A stretch of DNA of 60,010 bases, counting the filler, from Dugesia japonica (Eukaryota): NCBI GenBank assembly GCA_001938525.1. It is 5 parts of 5 records of this genome, joined end to end, with 100 filler letters (N's around TTAATTAATTAA, not from the genome) between each part and the next. Parts side by side here need not be neighbours in the genome. Positions count along the whole stretch, not along the records: positions 9,965 to 25,946 come from MQRL01645841.1; positions 26,047 to 38,824 come from MQRL01646337.1; 3 more parts are not named here. The stretch is one strand, 5' to 3'. Below, piece after piece: positions 13,925 through 27,659 of this stretch (position 1 is its first letter; the number at the start of each line of letters is the position of its first letter). The notes under the pieces are model-generated. The model worked only from the letters and a program-made list of their open reading frames with translations, was not told the DNA's origin and ran no database searches. Position numbers and translations under genes: made by a program.

Positions 13925-16912
13925 TCGATACGATGGGTGCAGTACTATTTCAAAGGGACAACAGTAGACAAGAAAGAGTAATTGCATATGAGTCACGTGC
14001 AATGACGAGTCATGAGAAAGAATATTGTACTACGCGGAAAGAATTACTCGCAATTTACTATTTTTATATTCATTTCGAATATTACTTATATGGAAAGAGA
14101 TTTATTCTCAGAATAGACCACAACGCTATCAATTTTAAGCTGAATACCAAAAACACGATCACATTATAGTTTCAAACTTGAATTAATTGAGCAGTTTAGA
14201 TATAAAATTGGAATACAGAAAGCGATCGTTTCATACAAATGCAGATATGTTGTCAAGGAGTAAATGCGATACATGTGAAAAAATGTCTAATATCTGATGA
14301 AGATCCAAAGATTGAGAAATTAAAAACAAGTATGTTAAATACAGTAGATATTCAAGAAAAGCAAGGCTATTTTGAAGAAAATGATTAAGGAACGTGGATA
14401 TCTAATAATAAAATAGAATAGGTTATAATGAGGTTGCACCATCTATTATGTCATTCTGGAACAGAAAAAGTAGTAGAGTATATGAAGCATAAATATATAG
14501 CAAAACATTTGCAGATCAAAGTACAAGAGGTTGTTTGAAGCTGTATAACACGCGAAAGAGCTAAAGTGTTAACAACAAAAACGAAAGAAGAAACGAAATA
14601 GATACAGCCAGACAAAATGTTTGAGCTGTTATTTATAGATGTGTGTGGACCCCTACAGGAGGTGAGAGGTCGAAAAAAATATGTTTTCGGGATAATAAAT
14701 TAATACAGTAAGTATACAGGGTGTTAGTTAAACATGGGGCAAAAATTTAAGGAATTATTCCTTGCCTTAGTTTATGAATAATTATATAGTAACACTTTTT
14801 TCTAGGTCGTATGGTTTCAAAGATACACACATTTAAAGATTTTAAAAACAAAACAATTTCAATACGCATAATATTTATTTACATTTATTTATTTAGATTT
14901 TTTTTATTTACAGGAACTGTTGAAAATGACCTCCACGAGATAATATGCAGGAATCCAATCTTCTCATCATTGAATCACGCATTCTTTTGAAAACACCAGG
15001 AATGTTCCGTATAGAATTGCATCCATTGACGATCCGATTCTTTAAACCATCTTCATTTTTAACTGGCGTCTTATAAACTTAAGATTTTAAATGGCCCCAT
15101 AAAGAAATCAACCGGATTTAAGTCCGGAGATCAAGCAGGCCATACATGAAATCCAACTCTACCAATCCAGCGATCATGATATGTTCATTTAGTAACCCCC
15201 GAGCAAGTCTACTAAAAGGCGCCGGTGGTCCATCATTCATAAACCACATTACTTTTCTCATTGTCAATGGTATATCCACAAGCAACTCAGGTAGCCTATC
15301 GTCCAAAACGTTGCGGTATACCTCAGCGATAAGCGTTCTTGGTAGGATCACCGATCCAATTAAAAAATCACCCACAATTTCAACCCAAACGTTCAATGAA
15401 AACTGATATTAGAAACGATCTTCAAGTATCTCATATAGATTTTCTTCCGCCGATACATGATTATTATGGAAATTCATTATGGCATTTTTTGAGAAATTTG
15501 CTTTCTCGGTAAACAGAATTAGGCTCAGTAGTTGAAAATTTTGAGACAAAATTTGTTTCAGTCATTGACAAAATGCGATTCGTGGAGAAAAATCTCTGTT
15601 AAGAAGTGCTTGAATTTGATATGGGAAAAGCTTTAATTGCCTCAACATTTTCCACACAGTGTAGTTACTTTCATTCAATGCGTTTGCTATTATTCTAGTT
15701 GAAGTATGTGGATATTCCTCTACCATATCACACACATCTTCTTCAATTTCTATTATTCTTCCTGTTTTTGGTCTTCCTGGTCCACTATTGTGTTTAAACG
15801 TTTCTGTTTCGTGAAGATGCCTATGAATTCTTTCAAAGGTTTTCCTATCAGAAACCTGACGTTTTGGAAATCGTTCGGCGTATAACTGCTTAGCCTTTAA
15901 TGAATTCCCGTACGCTAACCCATACATAAAATGCATGTCCGTCCTTTCGGAATTTGTATATTGATTCTTTATATGAGATTTAGGCATATTCTTAATATTT
16001 ATTTTATATACATCTCGATTAATTTAAAAAAGGCTTACTTTTTTGAATATTTAAACAAATATATTTTAATTAATGTTGATTATAAGGATATTATATATAA
16101 TAAATACATTGCAACAAATTTTATATAAATTACAGATATTGTTATTGGTATATGTGTTATATTGATAGTTAAGTTGAAATTATTTGTAAAAAATATTCGT
16201 CTTTTTAAAATCTTTATAGGCATGTATTTTTGAAACGAAATCATTTTGAAAAGATATAATTATATATTTATATGTATAAACATCCAAGGAATAATCCCTT
16301 AAAANTTTTTCCCCATGTTTAACTAACACCCTGTATAGCCTTGATAGGAATGACAAAACAAGATGAAGATACCATACGGAAAGCAATAATGGAAAAGTGG
16401 ATATTAAAGTTCAGGTGTCCGAAAGAATTGATTGTGGAAGAGCATTTGGATTTAAATAAATGAAAGATTTTGCTGATGAACATGGAATTTCCTTCAGGTT
16501 TTCGAGTCTATATCCCTATAACACAAATGAACAAATCAAGAGACAGTTTGGAACTATGCGAGATATGATGAATGCAACACTTAAAGAAAGGAAAACCTCA
16601 GATTGAGTGGATTTATTGCCAGAGATAGAATTTACCTTGAATGCCACAAAACAGAAAACCAACAGGAAATGTCCTGCTGAAATCTTATTGGGGAAGAGAA
16701 TAAGCAGATATAGAGATACTAACCTAAAAACAATTCTAGAGTGGTGATGAGGTCTTAGTGAAAGTTGAAACAAGAAACAAGAATCAAGATCGTTATGAGG
16801 GACCCTATAAAATCAAGAGGAAGGTTCACGACAGACGTTACATTATGGAAGATACAAACAGGAAAAGTCTTGAAAGAAACAGAGAAAATTAAAAATATTC
16901 TTAAAAAGGGGA
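13925..16912 (+). mobile_element. Gypsy pol RNase H-integrase, interrupted by a Tc1/mariner insertion; polypurine tract then LTR start TG at 16913
   Basis: GAVLFQ..ERVIAYESR..YCTTRKELLAI; IDVCGPL; RYEGPYKI; AAAAAGGGGA directly before TGTAAG. Confidence 0.88.
14717..16333 (-). mobile_element. Full-length defective Tc1/mariner DD41D (rosa/Visitor-type) transposon with TIRs and TA target-site duplication
   Basis: TIR CAGGGTGTTAGTTAAACATGGGG at both ends, TA at 14715-16 and 16334-35; HTH ORF 15562-15987; after repairing one frameshift, DGPPAP...WPA*SPDLNPVD has 41 residues between the Asps. Confidence 0.92.
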
Positions 16913-17547
16913 TGTAAGATAGTTTGTAAAACCATATTTGAATTTTTTGTGTTTCGAGCGAAATTTGTTGGAATGAGTTTTGTTAAATATTTAAATTTTT
17001 ATTATAAAATAATTTAAAAATAGATAAATTATCATTTTCATTATTTATAAAAATAACTAAATATGTATTGAACCTTTTGTAATTTTGTTAATTTACTTAA
17101 AATTTTCAAATTTCGGTTTGTCAATAAAATATATTTTTTAATGTATTTTTAATTATTAAAATTTTTGATAACATAAAAAATATAACATAAAAGATATAAA
17201 AAAATATTGTTAATGAAATGTTTTTTACTGCATTTTTAAATTTGGCATTAAATAAATTTTAAATAAACTAAAAGAAAATATTTAAAATTTTACATTAAAT
17301 AGAGAATAAAATATTGTGAGTAAAATGCGGTTTTTTGTTGTATATCAAAATGTGACATTAATAAGATTTTAAATTGGAATATTTTGCAAAAAGTTTAAAT
17401 TTGATATTTTTCGCTTTAAATATGAATTTTTAAATTTGTTTGAAAAAAGCAAATTAATACATATAGTTTTGTTTTTTGAAAAAATTTTCTATTGTATTGA
17501 GTTTTGATATTGATGATCTGATGTGTACTTCAAACTCATCTAACAAT

Positions 17548-17690
17548 TATTATTATTANNNNNNNNNNNNNNNNNNNNNNNNNNNNNNNNNNNNNNNNNN
17601 NNNNNNNNNNNNNNNNNNNNNNNNNNNNNNNNNNNNNNNNNNNNNNNNNNNNNNNNNNNNNNNNNNNNNNNNNNNNNNNNNNNNNNNNNN

Positions 17691-17724
<34 letters not shown>

Positions 17725-17772
17725 ATTATTTATTATTATTATTTAAAATTATTATTATTATTATTATTATTC
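17548..17772. repeat. (ATT)n microsatellite with gap
   Basis: Direct. Confidence 0.9.
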
Positions 17773-17975
17773 ACTTAAACTTTATTATTTCTATTTTTCA
17801 AGTTTATCGATGTAATTAAAATTAAATGCAAATCTTTCTAAACTATTTTATACTCAGTTTTAATAAAATGAAATTTAAAAACTAATAAATTAATATTTTA
17901 AAATAAAAAGTAGAATTTTAATTTTATATGAATTTATTGGATCTATTTTACAAAAGATGATTTCTAATATTTTAG

Positions 17976-18316
17976 ATGATAATAGAAGAGTCAGATCTGG
18001 AATTTCTGTGTGAAGTGAAAAATTTTAAAGAATTTAAACACTTTCTGAAAGATAAGCTAGGAAGACAATGTACTTTAAGAAGTGTATCAATGTTATATAA
18101 ATATGGAATAGAACTAGTTCTTTATATTGGCTCAGATGAAAAGGAAAATCCTTACGTTAAAAAAATGTTGAATTATATAAAACAATTCTTTGAAAAGTAT
18201 TATGAGAAAGATATAATCGATAAAGGAGGATTGGTAAATACACAAGATGCAAATGTAATTTTATTTAGTTACTTTAGGTTGCATTAGCATTATCAGGATC
18301 AGATGTTGAGGATTAA
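17976..18316 (+). CDS. Putative divergent Bcl-2-fold protein, 3' exons (17976-18233, 18278-18316)
   Basis: Acceptor tttag before 17976; BH1-like TLRSVSMLYKYGIELV and BH2-like EKDIIDKGGL followed immediately by a GT donor; 44-nt intron; then VALALSGSDVED*. Confidence 0.4.
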
Positions 18317-21300
18317 GAAAACTAAATTATTTTGATTTTTATCCAAGTTTCTTCGTGTAGATTCTTGTCGTAATGGGATTGTTCAATAAAGATTATTTTT
18401 TATATATTATTTTAAATAGAAACAAGAGTATTATAAGGTGGTAATATCGAAATAATCTGGAGGATTATATTTATAATAAAAGTCTATTCGATTAAAAAAA
18501 GACTTTTCTAACTCTGGATGTTTCAAGTTTAACATTGTAATTTGAATTCCGATGACCAATTATTCAGTTTGTGTGTATTAATTGATACAACTCAAAATTT
18601 CACATTTAATCTAACATCATTTGTTATTGAATTTTGTTAAAATTTAGATGGATCATAATTTCCATAATTATTTAAGTTCTGAAGCCTAATTAGTCATGTT
18701 TCTTGATATATATATCCAAAGAACTCAGCACACTTTATTCAGCCCAATTAAGACTATTCGATATCAGGTTGTTTAATTTATATAGATATTTATCTAACAT
18801 CACAATATCTATTCGGTTGTTGCAACACAATTGAAATACATATGCAATATTTGAGCAAATATAACAAAGCAATGATCAACACACATAATAAACTCATGCA
18901 CTCTGTGAAACCGTTCATACAATTAGCCATAATATATTAAATTTATTCAATAATTACATCAAATAAGAATAAAACTTTAGAAAAAGAAACTTAAGTTTCA
19001 AAACAACCTAGAGCAGATTAAAAATGATAAAACAGTTTTATTAACTATTGTAAAAATTTCGTTAAATAATTAATTAATTTTATTGTAACATAGTCATACT
19101 TCATACATTTATGCATAAATTTTATAATAAGATGTATAATAAATTTTGTAGAGGAATAGATTTCATTTTCAATCTTATTACCTTGTATTTGACTCGTAGA
19201 ATGTTTTATTAATAAATTTTTTGTTATTAATTCTGTTTTTATAAATAGCTGTTATAATAGAAATATATAAAAATTAAAATTAAGATAAGAACTTTTATTG
19301 ATAAACACAAGTACAGAAATTTTTAATCAAGTACATTTATTAATTGTCACATTTTTTAGACAATCTGTACTTTCCATATAACAGATTTTTCGATATCTTT
19401 GATTTCGAGTTGGATTAAACAATCATTTGTTTTGTCATATACATATTTATTTGATTTTTTGGAATTTATGAATAAAGTTTCTTTTATTGTTATTTCAATG
19501 TCCATTCATGAAAAAAACGTTTTCAATAGCATTTTTTATCATTTGAACTAATTTAAGATAAAATTGTTTTATCTTAACAGGATCCTAAATAAGATTAATT
19601 CAAAATAATAGTAAATAATATTAATTGGAAATAATAAATAATTGGTTTCTAAAAGAAACTCATCTTGCTCTGATGGAAATTAACAGTTTTCCACAGTCAA
19701 TATTAATTGACAATACATTTTCCTTTGTTAAAATATTTATTTTTTCTGTCATTTTAAATAATGAAAAACTCTTTAAAATTTTTGCTTATATACATATTGC
19801 GATTCATATTGGTTTTTGTTGGAATTCGTTAATCTTATTAGCTATTGTTTGTTTCAATTATTACATTTGCATGAATTTGATTGATCATTAACGATATGTA
19901 TGTACAATTTCCATTGGATAAAATCTTACATATTTTTTGTGAAATTACATATAAAAATCTAACGCGTTTACAAAACTAGTAAAATATAAAATCAATAGGA
20001 TTTAAGAATTTACACATTAAGAATCCAACGCATATACAAAATTGGCGCAAAATAAAAGTGATTATATTTACAAAATAAAACTAAATATGGATAAAAATAC
20101 AGATGATAATTAAATCGTTCAGATAAATAAGTCATAATTAAATTATTTGAAATAAATAGTTATCACATAAAAATTAGAACAAATTGTCAAATGGCGTTTT
20201 ATTGATTGTTGTATTTGATCTGATCTGATCCGATTTTGTTGACATCTGTATGATCTGAGCTGTTGTATTTACATGTTTGTTTATGTATGTTTGTGTATGT
20301 TCATATGATGAGTCTATGAATGTGTGTATATTTTTTTGGTTTTTTACTTTCCCAACAGAAATATAGACTATGTTTTGAGAATAAAGTCTGTGTGGATTGA
20401 CTTATCTTTTGGTTAATGTCAAAAACTTAGATAAATGTTAATAATTANGTCTATTATTAATATTAAGAATCGGGATTAAATTATTTAAAAAAAGAAATTA
20501 TTACAAAATTGTAGAAAATAGTTATTATTGTTTTTATTTATATTCATTATGGTAGAGTCGAATTTTAGGAGTAGTATTATACAAAGTATATCATATTTAT
20601 AGTTTGTTCTATGGAATAGGAGAATATTGGTAATAATATCTTAATATCTATAATGATAATATTTCGTATTTAAAATTATTAAGTTCACTATGGTGTCATT
20701 TCAAATTTGAATGATTCCATTGATAAAGACCAGCGGACCAAAACTATGATGTACTTTGCTACAAACAAGAAGATAGTAAAGATACGGAGTTTCCACATTT
20801 TGAATAGTGCTTAATGAAAATATATTCTACGAAAATTTCCAATTCAATGATTTTGGTGGGTACTAGCAGTGAGCAACGAGGCCCACTAGAATTTAAAAGA
20901 ATATAAAAAGAAAACTTATTTGAGTTTATTTTAATGCGTGTATCATATATTATCAGTATATTGCAGCATATTGTCAATATATTTTATAAAATCTCACTAC
21001 CTAATTGATATTGTGTTAAAATGAAAACTACCCAAAAACAAAAACAACATCACTGTTAACTTCGAGAGAATTACAGATCTAAAAGAAATACTACTGTTAA
21101 AAACTATATCTCATTGAGGCGGATAATCGAAAATTTATTAAAAGTAAACAATTGTGATTTGTAGATTAGTGTTAATATGATGTAATGCGAAGATGGAACA
21201 GTGAGACGCGAATTATTTTGAAGATGAAATATTGTTAATTAATGTGAGAATGCGGTAAAATAACGAAAAGTAACAATGTCGGACCTATTGGTGATGATGA

Positions 21301-22500
21301 TCAAGGATTCCTTTTGCAAATGTATGGTGGAATGCTATGGTCGTCAAAAATGTTTTATAATGTGATTTAATGTCAGTATGATAGTAGTAATTTTGATATT
21401 AATTATATTTAATCAAATCTATTCTAATTTTTATAATTAACTATTTATAATGTTTGTTTCTTTTATTATTAATTTAATTTACTTCGAAATTTTATTGATT
21501 TAGGTGAATGTAATTTCAACAAGACTTCATATACGTACTTTAATGATTAAAAGTTAAAATGATTAAATTTATTTAATGAATTCACTTTAATGATTACTAT
21601 TATTTAATTTGAATTTATCAGAATTATCTCTATTAAGTTTACGTGTCGCATATAAAAAAACTCGTTTTAATCAAGAATTAATTCAAGCTTAATTTTCTCT
21701 TTGTAAACCACGATGTAGTGATAACCTCTAATAATGTTTTATTTTATTTTCGAATTCATTTAATAATTTTGTTTTATAGTAATGATCTTAAAATTTCTGT
21801 TTTGCTAATAAGGATTTTAATAAATCTGTTTGCTCATAATAATGAATTCTTTGGTAAATCTGTTGTTAACGATATTTGGAATAATTAATGTTAGTATAAA
21901 ATCCGAATAATTATTAACTCCTCGAAATTTCCTATAAAGATTACGTTCCTTAGTTTTAGTTGCATATTATGTTGTGAGTACTTATTTTAATAATTTCAAT
22001 TTATAGCTTTTGATAATTTCGTTTAATTATTATTTAGTTGCTATTGTTTTTGAATTCTTTCTGAATACCTTTTGGTTTAATAATATTTCCTTCCATACTT
22101 AAAGATTGACTGGTTTTGTTTACTCGTCACAGTGAATAATGTTAAGATTTGATAACTAAGGTTAAATTATTTTTATAAGAATGCAATTTTATTGATTATG
22201 ATTTACTAATATTTTGAATTAAGGTTTAGGATAAATACGATAAAATCGCTCCATAGCAATAATGATCTATAATGATAATGATAATAATAATTTTACTAAA
22301 TGGCAATATGCCCTCGTTTTAACGAGAGACAAGCTCTGATAAATAATGAATTAAAATGATTTCCGTGACTTAAAATCAAGCATAATAATGTCGGACGCAT
22401 AGTGAAGGAGGAAGTAGAAATCCCTGTGAACAATAAGGTACTAAATTTTCATAGCGGATTTCTAACTCCTGTTTCACTGTTTTAACAATATATATATATT

Positions 22501-23018
22501 TTATATATTTTTTATCATTCTAATTGACTTCAGGCGTCTGGAAATTGTGGTTCGACTGACATCTAATGATATCGTAAGTTCTTCCTGCGTTGCAGTTGGG
22601 TCTTGATCGACTAAAGCCTCGAATTTCATATAATTCACTTTCGTAGGTTGTTCAGGATGTATCTTATCCTTAGTATCAAAATCACCACTTCTAAAGCGAC
22701 GATACCAGTATTCGCATGTTGAAATGGATGGGCTATATTCGTCATAGGCTTCTGACAGCATTTGGAGACATTCCGCTGCGCTTTTTTATAAATCAAAGCC
22801 AAAAAGCAAAGCTTCCCGCAAATGGCGTTTTGTTTGGACAAATTTTGACATTTTGTTTGCTAGAAATAAAAATATCTTATGAGTATTTTTAAATGAAAAT
22901 TATTGATTAGTATAATTCGGTAATTGTAAATCACGAGAAACACACAAAAAATTGTCACATGTCATAAACTGCGTAATACATCAACTGCATGACCTTTAAA
23001 ATTAATGCACACACCTAA
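22501..23018 (-). mobile_element. Mariner transposon 5' half (TIR plus HTH region of transposase)
   Basis: MSKFCPNKRHLREALLFGF..KSAAECLQMLSEAYDEYSPSISTCEYWYRRFRSGDFD; TIR-like TTAGGTGTGTGCATTAATTT on the minus strand at ~22999-23018. Confidence 0.85.
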
Positions 23019-23473
23019 TATAAAGAAACATTTGAATATTTAGGTTTTGTCAAACAATCAATATGAATTTATTTTAAATGCGATAGCAGAAAAGTGGAAT
23101 TAGAATTATAATATTCTATTTTCACAATAAAAATATTTATCATATAAATATAAATATCATATAAATATCATATATAAATATCATATAAAAATATTTATAG
23201 AAAATTGCATAAATTTAAAATTTTATATCCCGATTATCAAATAGTTTATGGGTGTTTAAAAGATAATAATCCAAAGCAATTTAAGATAAAAATGATATCT
23301 GGACAATAACTAGAGATTAGTTATGGAACTTTTTATTTAATACGCAAGGAAAAGAATATAAATAATTTAATTGAAGAAGAAATTAAATTAAAAGTAAATG
23401 AAACAATTAAAGAAAATATTAATTCAACAAAACAATAAAATTGTAATTTTGTTTTTATAAAAAAAGGCAAGAA

Positions 23474-23765
23474 ATGCATCAACAAACTAATCAACTTCAT
23501 TGTAATATATGTAATAGATCGTTTCAAGATATTCAAGGCCTTCGANGACATGAAACTTCATCTGCAGAACATCGAAATAATGCTTCAAGAATTTTAAATC
23601 AAAATAATAATTTACAACCAGTCTATCAAAATAATAATGTTTTTCAAATATCTTCTCAAATATGTAATAGAAATTTTAACCGTTAATATGATTATGATAG
23701 ACATATAAATGGTAGAAATCCTTTAAGACGAGTAAGAGAAAACGAAAATTATCAAAGATATGGTT
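23474..23765 (+). pseudogene. C2H2 zinc-finger-like ORF remnant
   Basis: CNICNRSFQDIQGLRXHETSSAEH and a second degenerate finger SQICNRNFNR*YDYDRHING. Confidence 0.55.
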
Positions 23766-24187
23766 ATTTATAAAATAATCAAGAACTAATTAATTTTTTA
23801 AATAATTATGGATTATAAAGATTAAATAATAGACATTGTTTAATAGACAAGAATTAGTAGCCATTACTAGGAGTTTTGAACAAAATAATAATAATAGAAG
23901 AGAAATTCCATTAGATTATTTTGAAATATTTAAACACTTATTAACTAGATATTACTATCCAAACTGTTAGTTACTGATAAACTTTCTGAAGAGTCCATTA
24001 TAAATTTTTATTTATAACACAAAATTTCAAATCTTCAAATCTTCAAAAAACTATGTTTTTAAAAGCTGAATATTTAAACAAATATTTTAAATATTTCAAA
24101 AATGCTTGAAATCTTTTATAACATTTTCTTCAAACTTTAAATTGCAATTTTCAATGTTTAATTCTTACACAAAGATTATTCCTTACA

Positions 24188-25945
24188 CCCCCTCAATTAA
24201 AATAATTTTTAAGCTTTTCTACGTTTCTTTGTAGCTCTTTCCCCTCTGTATTTCGTATACGATATCTTCTCTCATGTACCTTATCCGTGATTTTGTATGG
24301 ACCAGCATATCTGTCATTGTCTTTTGTTCTAGTTTCTAGTTTTATCAATACTTCGTCTCCCACTTGAAATTGTATTTTTGTAGGTGTTTCTTCCATCGAC
24401 TCTTTGTCATCTTTTTGGTTGTTAAACCATTGTTCTCTGTGAATTCTCCTACAAAATACTAATTCTGCTGGTGATATCCCCAATATATTTTGCCTTGCCA
24501 CATTCATCATGTATTCAATCTCCGATATNCNGTTACTCTAATCCTTTCTTCTATCTTCCTCTGCGGCTGCATTAATACAGTCTCTAATTGTGCGGAATTG
24601 TCTCTCTATAATTCTGTTTGTATTGTGATGGTATAGACTTGAGAAGTGTATTTCTATATTCATCGATTCCATCAGGTTCTGGAAGTTTTTCGTTTCAAAT
24701 GTCTTACCACTGTCTATGTGAACTTCTCTTGGTGCTCCAAATTTCAGGATCCATCTTTCCATTTACCCGTTTTTTAATTGTCTCATCATCGTGCTTGCTG
24801 ATTGCCGTTAGGCTTACGTATCGACTGTATTGGTCTATTATTCCACATATATATCTTTGTCGGTTCACAGTCTCTCGAAAAGGCTCATATATTCCCATAT
24901 ATATTTTCAAATGGACAGTTTACACTTAATTTTACTGTTGTCTTTTTCGTTTCCACCATATTAACTTTGTTCTTTTGGCACACTTCACACTGTCTTATCA
25001 CTTCTGTGATTGTCTTCTTCAGTTCTTCCAAGTCGTAGTTGCTGATTATATAGCTGATCATTTTCTCTGTCTCTGCATGTATTAACAATGTATGTATCTC
25101 TTTGATAATTGATATACTTTTCTTTGAATAATTCTTGATGAATCTTCTGTAATAATTGCATATTCCGAGGAAGCCTTTTAGGTTCTTTACGCATTTGGGT
25201 TTCTAAAAATTTTTGATAGCTTCAATTTTCATTGGATCTGTTTGAATTCCTTCTTTATCTATTGTGTGACCAAGAAATTTCACTTCTTTGCGTAATAGGT
25301 TACATTTTTTTGGATTCACTCGTAACTCTGTTGTTTGGATCCGCTCTAATACCTGACCTAAAGTTATATATTGTTTTTTTAGTCCTTCTGAGAATATCAT
25401 TATGTAATCCATATACACCATTGCTCCAGCTAGACCTTCCAATACTTTTGTCTTTAGTTTTTGGAATGTTTCTGAGGCTGCTGCTATTCCAAATGGCATT
25501 CTTGTGAAGCAATGTTGACCATTTTTTGTCAAAAAGGCTGTTTTTTCTTCTGACTCTTTCTAACGGTACCTGGTAATACGCGTTTCCCAAGGCTATGGTA
25601 CTGAAATATTTGGCTCCATACAAATTGTCTAACATTTCTTCTGCGTTTCAAGCAAAGTCTCACATCCTTTCTTTCGTTCTTCCAGACGCATATCAGTGGT
25701 GTGTTCCACTGCAAATTACATTTTCTGATAATATTAGCATCCGCTAAATTTTTTATGGCCGTATCTATTTTTTCTTCTAGATTCATGGGTTGTCATCAAG
25801 GCTTCGTATTTATTGGGTTACCCTTTGTCTTTCTTGTGTTCCGCCAATGTTGTGCATCCGACATCCCAGTTATCTCCCAGAATACTCCTCGATGTTTTAC
25901 TGTTACCTTTTCCAGTTTTTCGTCTCGTTTTATAATCAAAATTTT
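24188..25945 (-). mobile_element. Gypsy pol remnant (RT, integrase) with polypurine tract; 3' LTR starts at 24187
   Basis: FTRMPFGIAAASETFQ, VYMDYIMIFS, VKFLGH; GIIDQYSRY; RYAGPYKI; GAGGGGG then TGTAAG on the minus strand; RNase H region apparently deleted. Confidence 0.88.
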
Positions 25946-27129
25946 CNNNNNNNNNNNNNNNNNNNNNNNNNNNNNNNNNNNNNNNNNNNNTTAATTAATT
26001 AANNNNNNNNNNNNNNNNNNNNNNNNNNNNNNNNNNNNNNNNNNNNCAATAATAAAGATTGATTAATATCGCTTTTTTCTTCGAGGTTCAGTTGTGCATG
26101 AATTTTCACTTAAGAATTATATTTTTGGTTGTTTTTGTCTAAAATTCAAACAGTATTGATACTGTTTCTCTTTACACCCTCGTTCCATTCATTGGTGGAT
26201 ATAAATTCTTGGCGTTTTTATTGGCCAGATGGTGACATGCTTTCTTTTTATTGGTGGTTATTTTAGGATTTCGACATTATTGGTCAATCTTCAAACCCCT
26301 GGATCTTTTTTCTGAGACTTCTACCGATATTTTAACTTAGATTTTCAGAATTTCCGATTTTTTCCTGACAAGAATCTTTTTAATTGCTAATTTTCTCACC
26401 ATGGGAAGTCGATGTTTTTGCCATTTTTCATGAANNNNNNNNNNNNNNNNNNNNNNNNNNNNNNNNNNNNNNNNNNNNNNNNNNNNNNNNNNNNNNNNNN
26501 NNNNNNNNNNNNNNNNNNNNNNNNNNNNNNNNNNNNNNNNNNNNNNTCATTTCTTTGTTCCTTGATTTGGTTTTAATTTAATTTCACCGTTTTCTTCATT
26601 TAATTCATTTAATTAATATTAATTCCATTCCAGTTTTAATTCCATTTTCTTGATTTTGCCCAACGAAATAATGGTTATTCATCATCTTTCTTTGTCCTGT
26701 TACAACTTCTATTACTTCTTTTCTTCTTTGGTCTGTTCTTTTCTGTTTGATTTTTTGTTGTAAAGTTTGGGTTTTGTTGATTACTTCGTTGGTTTTAACT
26801 ACCAATCTCGGTTTTCCTTTTAATTATTTACTTCTTTCCCTGACTATGTTCTTCTTAGAACTGGATGCTTCGCTTTCTTTTCTGACGACAATTTTTTAAC
26901 TTCGAGTCTACTTGTCGCCATTTTTATTTTTGGTACCCAGTGTTTCACCCCAACATATTTATTAAAAATTAAATGCGTTGTGCATTGAGCATTATAAAAT
27001 TCAAATTATTTTTTTGTTGTTTTAATTAACATGAAAATTTCACAACTTATTATTTTTGTATTAAAAATTAAAAGCATGGCGCAATGAGCTTTATAAAATA
27101 CTTTATTCTTATTCTTATTCTTATTAATA

Positions 27130-27149
27130 TTATTATTATTATTATTATA

Positions 27150-27190
<41 letters not shown>

Positions 27191-27240
27191 NNNNNNNNNN
27201 NNNNNNNNNNNNNNNNNNNNNNNNNNNNNNNNNNNNNNNN

Positions 27241-27296
<56 letters not shown>

Positions 27297-27310
27297 GATT
27301 ATTATTATTA
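27130..27310. repeat. (ATT)n microsatellite
   Basis: Direct. Confidence 0.95.
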
Positions 27311-27659
27311 ATGTTATTAAAAATATTTTTATATATGTTAATTTTCACATCTTTAGCGTCAATTTTCACACCTAATTGTAAATAATGATTTTTTTTATGG
27401 GCGTGTAAATTTTCACATTTTTGGCATGAACCTTTACACCTTAATCATTTGTATTGATGTAGGAATATTAAAAAAACATATCATTGTTGTTATTTAAGGT
27501 GAACTTTTTAAGGTGTGAACTTTCAAAAATTAATATAAATTTGACTTTTCACACTTTTTGCCTGAACTTTCACCCCCAACTTTAAATTTCTTTTTCATAT
27601 AAAATAATTAGCCTCAAATATTTTTTTAACCAAATGAAATTATTTTTATTATTAATACT

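Noticed and set aside
26047-26920. Gag of the Gypsy pol at 24188-25945
   Set aside because: Separated by a scaffold linker gap and lacks gag motifs; linkage unsupported
27084-27369. Poly-Ile/Asn/Tyr/Leu ORFs (also 3388, 17476, 34554, 55859)
   Set aside because: Translations of AAT microsatellites or degenerate derivatives
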